From contig NC_043026.1 of NCBI RefSeq assembly GCF_006345805.1, positions 8,556,001 to 8,620,000 of the forward strand: a stretch of 64,000 nucleotides of DNA. The letters are read 5' to 3'. Under the pieces are notes generated by a model. The model was not told the DNA's origin, ran no database searches, and saw only the letters and a list, made by a program, of their open reading frames with translations. The first letter of the stretch is position 1; every line of letters begins with the position of its first letter. Below, piece after piece: positions 53,593 through 64,000 of the stretch. The stretch is from Octopus sinensis (lineage: Eukaryota). Made by a program: the position numbers and the translations under genes.

Positions 53593-53813
53593 TGTGGGAG
53601 TGCTGAAGGTTCCTGGCTTTAAGTGAATCGCAGAGTGCTTGGCTGGTGCCCAAACCTGCAAGTCCTTCTACATTGCTTAGAAAAACTGAAGGACTGCTGC
53701 AATAAGTGTGTGAATCTGAGAAGGGAATATGTTGAAAAAATCATAATTTACTAATGCTCCTATATATATTTTTTTTTTTACCCAAAACCAAGAACTTTTA
53801 GTATACCATCGTA
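53593..53813 (+). mobile_element. Mariner-derived MITE; further TIR remnants near 36577-36657 and 54982-55012
   Basis: Imperfect TIRs GTGCTGAAGGTTCCTGGCTTT / AAAACCAAGAACTTTTAGTATACC, with an internal mariner C-terminal relic AATAAGTGTGTGAATCTGAGAAGGGAATATGTTGAA. Confidence 0.65.
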
Positions 53814-55093
53814 TGTATTATACTCTTTTACTTGTTTCAGTCATTTCACTGCGGCCATGCTGGAGCACCACCTTTAATCGAGCAACTCGACCCCGGGACT
53901 TATTCTTTTTGTAAGCCCAGTATTTATTCTATCGGTCTCTGTTGCCGAACCGCTAAGTGACGGGGACATAAACACACCAGCATCGGTTGTCAAGCAATGC
54001 TAGGGGGACAAACACGCATACATACATAGATATATACGACGGCTTCTTTCAGTTTCCGTCTACCAAATCCACTGACAAAGCTTTGGTCGACCCGGGGCTA
54101 TAGTAGAAGACACTTGCCCAAGGTGCCACGCAGTGGGACTGAACCCGGAACCATGTGGTTGGTAAGCAAGCTACTTACCACACAGCCACTCATATATATT
54201 TTTTATTAGTAAGCAGGAGTCACAGAGCGACGGAAAGGCTGAGAGTGCCATGTGTGGGCACTAGCTGCGGATATATGGAAATAACGGATATTTTGCTGTT
54301 TGCGTTTCCCAACAAAGTTTTTTCTTTTTCATTACTGTGGTCAAATTTCAATTCATGTTGATTCGTGCCTTGAAATAAGAGATCGCTAACATTTTATAGA
54401 AAAAGGCCAGAAAACAGCACAGCTCCCATGACTTTCGGAAACATTTTTTCACTCTGAGAGTTGCTGAAGCATGGAACAAACTGCCAGCATCAGTTGTTAG
54501 TTGTCGGAGCACTGCATCCTTCAAAACTTCCATGCTTCCTGAGATTCGCCAACACTACACCTGATCTTCTCCCCTCCATACACACACAAGCATGTATCTG
54601 ACTCATACATTGTTCGCTTTCCAGAAATTTGTACATTACTGCATATACTTTTGCGCACTTTCTGACAAGTTGTGGTGCACCTGAGCACTGTATACAATAA
54701 TTTCATTATTATTACTATAATTATAAAGGTGTCCAGGCGTCGGCAAAGAAACAAATGAAAACGTCACAAGACCACCCAACCATTGCACATGCGTAAAGTT
54801 ATAAGGAAAAGTAACTCTCATTAAATCCCTTAACGCTTTGAACATAGGTTTCAAATTTTGACACGAAGGAGGAAATTATGATTTCATTCCCCTCTTATTG
54901 CAGTGGTCCTTCAGTTTTTCTAAGCCCTAGGAAAAGAACACAGAAGATTGAGCCTTGAACCAGGCCTTTCACAATACCATTAAAGCCAGGAACTTTTCAG
55001 AACCCCCTCATGTGGTGGTGTGAGTGCATGCGTATATAAATCCTTAAATCCTTAAAAATGTTTCAGCCCGAAAGCTGCGGCCATGCTGGGGCA

Positions 55094-55135
<42 letters not shown>

Positions 55136-55199
55136 CTAAACAGTGGTGGTATAACCCCCTACTGTCACGTTCACGTTAGATTGATAGTATACAACCATT

Positions 55200-55248
<49 letters not shown>

Positions 55249-55771
55249 CGCAGGAGTGGGTTTGTGGTAAGTAGCTTGTAACCAACCTCATGGTTCCGGT
55301 TCAGTCCCACTGCATGGCACCGTGGGCAAAGTGTCTTCTACTGTAGCCTGGGCCGACCAAAGCCTTGTGATATTTGGTAGACGGAAACTGAAAGAATATA
55401 TATATATAGGCGCAGGAGTGGCTTTGTGGTAAGTAGCTTGCTTACCAACCTCATGGTTCCGGGTTCAGTCCCACTGCATGGCACCTTGGGCAAGTGTCTT
55501 CTACTGTAGCCCTGGGCCGACCAAAGCCTTGTGAGTGGATTTGGTAGATGGAAACTGAAAGAAGCTCGTCATCATCACCATCGTCGTTCAACGTTCGTTT
55601 TCCATGCTCGCATGGGTTGGACGGTTCGACTGGGATCTGGGAAGCCAGGAGGCTGCAGTCTGATCTGGCAGTGTTTCTACGGCTGGATGCCCTTCCTAAC
55701 ACCAACCACTCCGTGAGTGTAGTGTGTGTTTTTTACGTGCCACTGGCACAGTCATGCCACAGTATGTGTGC

Positions 55772-55810
<39 letters not shown>

Positions 55811-56102
55811 TTGAACACTTATTTTGTATACCTTTATCTGCCTCTGAAGAGATCGGATTTTCAAATAATTTTTAATTTAATTAATTAGTTTTCTGAGGGT
55901 CTGAATTTTTAAAATAATAAATAATTCATTAATTACCTCTCTATTGTCTCAACTTATTATAAATAAATATATATAAACCACGGTTTATATAGTTGCCTTG
56001 CAGTTCAGTATTAAATGTAATGATCAACATTCCTCGTCTAGGTAACTAACCAGTGCTTTCATAGGATTTTGCTATCCCTCAATGAGGTTTGTAACCTTTA
56101 AT

Positions 56103-56257
<155 letters not shown>

Positions 56258-58097
56258 GTATGTGTACACCATCTGAAGCACTGGGGTCGATATAATCGAC
56301 TTAATCTGTTTGTCTGTCCTTGTTTGTCCCCTCTGTGTTTAGCCCCTTGTGGGTAGTAAAGAAATAGGTAGTTCGTCTTTGGCTACGTTCTGAGTTCAAA
56401 TTCCGCCGAGGTCGACTTTGCCTTTCATCCTTTCGGGGTCGATCAAATAGGTACCAGTTGAGTATTGGAGTCGATGTAATTGATTACCCACTCCCTCGAA
56501 ATTTCAGGCCTTGAGCCTAGAGTAGAAAGGATTATTTTTATTTTACATATTAACAATTCCTCTGCAATAATAATAATTATGAAAAATCAAGGGAGGTAGC
56601 AAGCGTTAGATACGGCAAACAAGTCATCTACGAGATGCGCATGCGCGTTAAAATCCACTGTCGTTTCTGTTTATCAAAGGTATACGCACGTGTCTGACTC
56701 CAGAATTTCTCTCAATTCACTCCCAAACACATTTATAATACATTTCTCTACCACCTGACGCACTTCTAACAACAACACCATCCTTTATAAAAGCATTTCC
56801 GTGAGTATTAAACAATGAAAACATTTCATCTTTTAATACTTTGTGTCTCAGATGTCCTTTGATGTATGCGACATTTGGCTGCTATTTCTAGCTATGGAGG
56901 CACCCTTCTACACGCTCCATCATTTTTCCACGTTAGTTTGTTGTGTGTTTTAGTTGGAGAAATATCCTCAAATAAACTCCAACCACAGAAATGTTGAGAA
57001 ACCAATGCTTTATTATAATTTATCGAATGTTTGTTTCTTAAAGGAAGGGGACATAATTAGTAAATGGGGCAAAATGAGTAATTCCTCATTTCTTTCTACA
57101 CGCTTCGTCGTTTCTACGTTTGTTTGTTGCGTGTTTTGGTTTGAGAAATATTCTTAAAATACACTCCGACCAAAGAAATGTTGAGAAACCAATTCTTTAT
57201 TATAATTTATCGAATGCTTGTTTCTTGATAATAGGGTGGGGACGAAATTAGTAAGCGGGGCAAAATGAGTAATTTCCTAGTTTACGTTCTTAAGTTTGTT
57301 GTGTGTTCTAGCTTAAGAAATATTCCCATTCATCGAATGTTTGTTTCCTGGAATATCTACGAATGAGTCTCCTCCGGCAATCTTTGAGATGTAATTCACC
57401 CTTGCTTTTCTCATGGGTTTCATTAATGTAGATTAACAATTATGTTGAGAAATAAAATTACTTTTCTCTGGAATTAGTTAAGTGAATATTTTTTTAATGA
57501 CATTTTCCTTCGGCGTAGGATAAGAAGCTTGCTTCCCAACTACACGGTTCCGAGTTCAGTCCCACTGCGTGGCACCTTGGACAAGTGTCTTCTACTATAG
57601 CCTCGGGCCGACCAAAGCCTTGTGAGTGGATTTGGTAAACGGAAACTGAAAGAAGCCTGTTGTATATATGTATATATATGTGTGTGTATTATGTTTGTGT
57701 GTCTGTGTTTGTCCCCCTAGCATTGCTTGACAACTGATGCTGGTGTGTGTACGTCCCCGTAACTTAGCGGTTCGGCAAAAGAGACCGATAGAATAAGTAC
57801 TAGGCTTACAAAGAATAAGTCCTGGGGTCGATTTGCTCGGCTAAAGGCGGTGCTCCAGCATGGCCACAGTCAAAAGACTAAAAAAAACAAGTAAAAGAGA
57901 GTATGGTGAATAAACTGACGCAAACATGAAAATAAAATTGATATCTCATTTCAACATAAGATATCTTGAAATACTGATATCACATGAGGGCCCTTCATCT
58001 TTGAGGTACCACACATGGCTGGCCAGGGATGTGACAAAATGACCTTCTAGAACTCTGAAGGACGATTAGTGGTTGCAAAAGCAATGTTTGAAAGATA

Positions 58098-58525
58098 GTT
58101 AGTTAGTTAGTTAATTTTTTGGCTCAAAAAGCAAAAAGCAAGGCCATGTAGGGGGACATGGAGTTATGTTCAGGGTGGTGTTCATGTAAAGAGTTCAGGC
58201 CACTTGTGGTCAAGAGAGTCTTTGAATCGAGCAGTCGTCGGCATCTTTACCATCTCATCCGGCAACTTATTCCACGGATCCGCAACCCGGACGGAGAAAG
58301 CCCCTCTCCTTCGATTGAGATGAAATCGTCGCAGAGAGAGCTTTTCGGAGTGACCCCGCAGCCGACGCTCTGGAGCAGGAGTGAAGAACAGCTCTTTCGA
58401 GAGGTTACACTTTCCGCTTATGATGTTGGGAGCAAGAATGAGATCACCACGGCAGTGTTGTTTTTCTAGAGAATAAAGGTCGAGCGTCTTCAGCCTTTCT
58501 TCATAAGACAAATTCTTGAGACCAA
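58098..58525 (-). mobile_element. CR1-clade LINE 3' fragment, same family as 16563
   Basis: SYEERLKTLDLYSLEK...WNKLPDE; (GTTA)n tail at about 58098. Confidence 0.9.
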
Positions 58526-59646
58526 GATGTAATGGCTGATCTGATATATTTACAAACTTGGGATGCAGCACTCCTGGTATATCTCTGGTAGGCTCCAGGC
58601 CTGGGGATGCTGTTGGTTACACCATTAGCTATGATGCTGCCGGCGTTAGTGCGGGTGCAGCCGGTGGGAACATATGGTGCGGAGCCGGTCATCCCATCGG
58701 TGTCTGATAATTGTTTGGTCATCATCTCTGGTGGTAATATTTGGAAAGCTGGATACCTCCTCTGTGTGGCTGGCTTTGGATTGGTCATCTCTGGGTGTGG
58801 CAGTTGTACTGGTGGTAACATATGGTGCAGAGCTGGTCACTCTATATACATCTGACACAGGTCATATAATTTTATATATATATCATTATCATCATCATCA
58901 TCGTTTAGCGTCCGCTTTCCATGCTGGCATGGGTTGGATGGTTCAACTGGGGTCTGGGAAGCCAGAAGGCTGCACCAGACTTAGTCTGATCTGGCAATGT
59001 TTCCACAGCTGGATGCCCTTCCTAACGCCAACTACTCTATGAGTGTAATGGGTGCTTTTTACGTGCCACTGGCACAGGTGCCAGGCGAGGCTGGCAACGG
59101 CCACGACCGGATGGTGCTTTTTACGTGCCACCGGCATGGGGGCCAGACGAGGCTGGCAACGCCACAATTGGATGGTGCTTTTTACATGCCACCGGCACAG
59201 AGGCCAGTGGGGCAGCGCTGGCAATGGCCACGTTCGGATGGTTCTCTTATGTGCCACCAGCACTGGTACCACAAACTACAAATTCCATTGATGTGGATCG
59301 ATTTCGATTTGGATTTTGATTTTCACTTGCCTCAATTTTATATATATATATTTAATTTATATACTTCCGACACAGGTCATCTAATCTTAATAAACGACAA
59401 ACACTCAATTGTTAAGGTTATGTTTATTCATAAAACTTCATCTCTATGGAAATGTTCTAAATTTTCAGTTGTTGAATCTGTATTTTTTTAAGTAGCCTCT
59501 CTATCTTACACTGTTGTTTCTTTATTATTTCAGAATATCAGATGACATTGGCATAACTGAAGATACATTCTCATTATTTATCATCTTTTAAAGACCAAAA
59601 TGGAAATATTGTACAGAACAGATATATAAGATTGTTTCTATAAATC

Positions 59647-60100
59647 TGTAGTGACGTCATTTTCCAGTGTGCGTGTGCAGGGCTGGAACCTTCTGGAAAG
59701 GCCTAAGGAAGTTCCCTCATGCACATGTGCTAGAGACTGGGGAAGAAAATTCTATCGCGCTCCTTGTTAGCGTCGTTGACTTGAGACACGGCTATTGAAG
59801 AGAAAGGATGTGTTAAACGTGTGATCAGCCATTCTCCTGTCCCGGACGCTTGGGATTTGACCTGCTCTGTTGCAGCTGAATTTGTTGTGAGGTTTATCTT
59901 ACAAGTGTTAAAGGTCAGCCTTGCTATATCGAACGAAGTGGATACCAATATACCAATGTATTTCTTTTGTAAATAAGAAAATAAAGAGTCATATGTATTT
60001 TTAAGGTTGCATTTTTGTTCCTGACTGGTAGTTTCTGGAAACTAAAGAAAGGAAATTGGTTGCACCCAAACAGTGTAAAGAATCAACCAGTTCCATTACA
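59647..60100 (+). mobile_element. 5' LTR of a Gypsy/Ty3 retrotransposon
   Basis: Starts TGTAGTG, ends CATTACA, AATAAA near 59980, followed by PBS TGGTGACCCCGA (60102-60113), complementary to a tRNA-Trp 3' end. Confidence 0.85.
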
Positions 60101-60344
60101 GTGGTGACCCCGAGTTCTGGTCATAGACCATAGAACACTTAACTAAAATCTAGTTTCTACTGAGTCTGAACCAATTAGTCAACCACCATCTCAGCCGCAG
60201 TCATCATCATCTTTGCTTCAATTTTATCGTTGTTTTGTCATAGACACAGAGCGTAGCCAAACATATTATGAAGACTCTATTGTAAACCAAGCGACAGACA
60301 TAACGTCATAACCAACATCGTCTCCATCTACAAAAAAATTGAAG

Positions 60345-60580
60345 CAAAAAGCAAAAAGCAAGGTCATGTAGGGGGACATGGAGTTATGTACAGGGTGGTG
60401 TTCATGTAAAGAGTTCAGGCCACTTGTGGTCAAGAGAGTCTTTGAACCGAGCGGTCATCGGCATCTTCACCATTTCGTCCGGCAGCTTATTCCATGGATC
60501 CGCAACCCGGACGGAGAAAGCCCCTCTCCTTCGATTGAGATGAAATCATCGCAGATAGAGCTTTTCGGAATGACCCCGCA
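60345..60580 (-). mobile_element. CR1-clade LINE 3' fragment nested in the Gypsy element
   Basis: Near-identical to 58130-58360. Confidence 0.85.
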
Positions 60581-61411
60581 CAAGATACAGATTCAACTCA
60601 TGCTGTAGTGTGAAAATCTCACCACGGAAAAACAGTTGCAGTATATATATCTGAAAGAATATCTATATCAAGAGAAAAATATGCCCAACAAGTGACTCAA
60701 CTAATCTCATCTCCAAGACTCAAATCTTGTATAGAACTTGTAAAGAACTCATTATCGTGTACTGGTAAACTAACTCGTTAATCTACATTAATGAAATCTA
60801 TGTGAAAACCAAGGGTGAATTACATCTCAAAGATTGCCGGAGGAGACTCATTCGTAGATATTCCAGGAAACAAACATTCGATGAATCATAATAAAGCATT
60901 GGATTCTCAGCATTTCTGTAGTCAGAGTTTATTTTAAGAATATTTCTCCACCTAAAACACAACAAACAAACAAACATAAAAACGACAGAACATATAAAAA
61001 AAATGAGGAATTACTCATTTTGCCCCACTTACCTATTTTGTCACCTCCCTTTTATCAAGAAACTGGTAAAATAACTCTAAAGTAACTTCATTTAAACACA
61101 AAATATTGAGACTTCTCTCATGCTCTGTTGTGTTTGCATAATTTTGTTTCAGACGCGACGAAGGTTGGTAAAATAATTTTAAAAAAAAAAAAAAATTTAT
61201 TCTTTGTGCATACAGTACAAAAAGAAAAAGAAAAAAACATTTTATTTTTTGGTAAAATTTACACATAGAAAAAATTTATTGGTTCAATTTCTGGTCTTAT
61301 TTTAATTTCTATTTATTTCTGTTCCTTTTTTCCATTTGCGTCAGTTCAACTTTTCGTTGTCATTTCCCTTTCCTTTGACAGAGACATCTATTTAAATTTA
61401 AAAACTACAAA

Positions 61412-63620
61412 ATGTCTATGGCATCATCACGTGCTGCTTGTGTCTGCTCTGAATCATCTGCAGCCTCAATTGATAGGCTTACTAAACAAATAGAAAGTCT
61501 CACCAAAAGGATGAACGCGATGTGTCGCAATGGCAAGCGATTTTCAAGATTGCGTAGTCGTAGCCGTTCTTCGTCTCGTTCTACACAGTCAAAGTCCAGA
61601 CTGTGTTGGTATCACTCCAAATTTGGAGAGAAAGCACATAAGTGCATACAGCCATGCAACTATAAAAGATTTCAACTAGCTTTGGAGGAGTTGAGCATGT
61701 CAACTTCCTCCACATTGTTCGCTAGTTATCGTGCATTTTTCGTTAAGGATCTAGAGTCGAAGAAATACTTCATGGTGGACACTGGTTCTTGTTGCAGCAT
61801 TTGGCCTCTGCGTCTCACAACCGACAGGCCAAAACAATCTAATGTTACCTTGCACGCTATTGACTCGTCACCAATAGCCACATTCGGTCAGATCTCTTTA
61901 CGCCTCGACATAAATCTTCGTCGAGATTTTCAGTGGGTTTTTGTCATTGCTGACATTCCGCATCCTATTTTAGGTGCGGATTTTCTAAATAATTTTGATT
62001 TATTGGTAGATGTCAGACGCCGGAGGCTAGTCGACAGTCCGACTACACTCTCCACGCCGACCAGAGAATCTACCGATTCAGCTCTTAGCCCGACATTTTT
62101 TGTTGCTACATCTGGAGATGATTTTCATTCTCTTTTGGTTTCTTTTCCAGAGCTACTCGATATTACTTTTAAAATGGCAAAACACGTACACTCGACACTC
62201 CATTTCATTACAACTACTGGGCCACCTGTTTTTTCGCACCCACGGCGTCTTGCACCTGACCGTCTTAAAACGGCTAGGGCTGAGTTTGAGCATATGCTCC
62301 AGCTTGGTATGATACGCCCATCAATCAGTCCATGGGCATCACCCCTTCATTTTGTTCGAAAAGGGGATACAGATTTTCACCTGGTGGGAGATTATCGGCG
62401 TCTAAATTCTGTGACGATTCCGGACAGATATCCAATTAGGAATCTTAATGACTTTTCAGCGAATCTCCATGGCTGTACCATTTTTTTCTAAGGTTGACCT
62501 CATATGTGCTTATCATCAAATACCGGTCAACCCAGACGATGTTCCTAAAACGGCAATTACCACTCCTTTTGGTTGTTTCGAATTTCTATACATGAGTTTC
62601 GGTTTGCGGAACGCCACTAGTACGTTCCGTTTTATAGATGAAGTTGTTCGTGGACTTGATTTTGTTTTCGCGTATGTCGATGATATTCTCATCGCAAGTG
62701 ATACGCATGAAAATCATCTTCAGCACTTGTCTCAGCTTTTTCAGCGTCTTCGCGACTATGGTGTTCGCATTAATCCAGACAAGTGTGTTTTTGGGCAATC
62801 ATCTCTTGATTTTCTTGGTCATTATATTGATTCGAGTGGAATCAAACCTCTCTCGTCTAAAGTCGATGCAATTCAGCGCATCGCACCACCTTCTTCTTTG
62901 CGTCAACTTCGCCATTTTTTGGGTATAGTTAATTTCTATCGACGTTTCATAAACTGGTGTGCAGACAAGTTGTTTCCTTTAACGCAGATGCTAAAGAGCA
63001 ATTCTGAAAAAAACGCCCCTCTTACTCTTTCAGCTGAAGCACTGTCTGCCTTTGAGTTAGTTAAAAAGGAACTAGCTTCAGTTCCTGTTCTAGCACATCC
63101 GGCTCCTGATGCTCCACTTACTTTATCTGTGGACGCATCAGATTCTGCAACTGGCGCTGTCTTGCAGCACACCGTAGATGGTGAAACTAAACCATTGGCT
63201 TTCTTTTCTTGCCAGCTGCAGCCTGCTGAACGCAGATATAGTACTTTTGATCGAGAGTTACTAGCGATCTATCTGTCAGTTTGGCATTTTCAGCACCAGC
63301 TCGAGGGACGAGAATTTGTGATTTATACTGATCACAACCCCCTTATGTTTGCACTATCTTCTAAAACGGACAAACTCTGCCCTCGTGCTTTCTGTCACCT
63401 GGACTATATTTCTTAGTTTACAAGTGACATTCGACATGTGCCAGGGAAGGAGAACGTCCCAGCTGATGTTCTCTCTAGACTCGCTGTCAATTCCATTTTC
63501 TCTCCTGCAGCAATTGACTTAACTGCTATTTCGCAGGATCAACCACCTTTAGCGGAGTTGAATTTAACTTCGCCCAAGTTTATCAATTGTAAGTTTGCTT
63601 ACCGTCCGCTCCCTTCAGCA
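61412..63620 (+). pseudogene. Gypsy gag C-terminus/pol (protease, RT, RNase H), decayed and 3'-truncated by a SINE
   Basis: CWYHxxFGxxAxxCxxPC, protease VDTGS, RT SPWASPLH / DYRRLN / YHQIP / YVDD, RNase H DAS / RELLAI; frameshift in the T run near 62480, stop at 63414. Confidence 0.93.
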
Positions 63621-64000
63621 GTTACTGGGACGTAAACACACCAGCATCGGTTGTCAAGCGATGTTGGGGGGGACAAACACACACACACATACAAATATAT
63701 ATATACATATATACGGCAGGCTTCTTTCAGTTTCTGTCTACCAAATCCACTCACAAGGCTTCGGTCGGCCCGAGACTATAGAAGAAGACACTTGCCCAAG
63801 GTGCCACGCAGTGGGACTGAACCATGTGGTTCATAAGCAAGCTACTTACCACACAGCCACTCCTACGCCTATAATATATAATATTGTTTACATTTGAAAA
63901 GCTTCATAGTTAATAAAGCTTATAAAGACACTGACCAGTTGTTGTTTGTTTATATTTCGCTTCTTTTTATATTATTTTTTTCTTTCTATTTTCAAAGCAG

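Noticed and set aside
62470-62495. Programmed frameshift between the two pol ORFs
   Set aside because: The shift falls mid-RT in a T homopolymer, alongside a premature stop and a truncation; decay or sequencing error is more likely

Overview
AT-rich, repeat-dense animal genomic DNA. The SINE, LINE, Helitron and mariner repertoire plus tandem C2H2 genes without KRAB, SCAN or BTB domains point to an octopus-like cephalopod C2H2 zinc-finger cluster (inference). The window holds six C2H2 array loci with single-exon CDSs behind a homologous 5'UTR splice acceptor: five intact and one frameshifted. A seventh paralog leader is interrupted by a decayed Gypsy LTR retrotransposon. The dominant structure is a ~52 kb degenerate inverted duplication (about 345..29750 mirrored by 36840..52575) around a ~7 kb spacer holding a unique ZNF gene. 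One mirrored ZNF pair is almost identical in protein, while the other has heavily reshuffled finger arrays. Other oddities are an 18S rRNA 3' end/ITS1 fragment at the probable first exon of a ZNF gene, a hairpin built on a ZNF stop codon, Merlin-like MITEs and a Penelope GIY-YIG relic. All alignments were done by eye and repeat boundaries are approximate.
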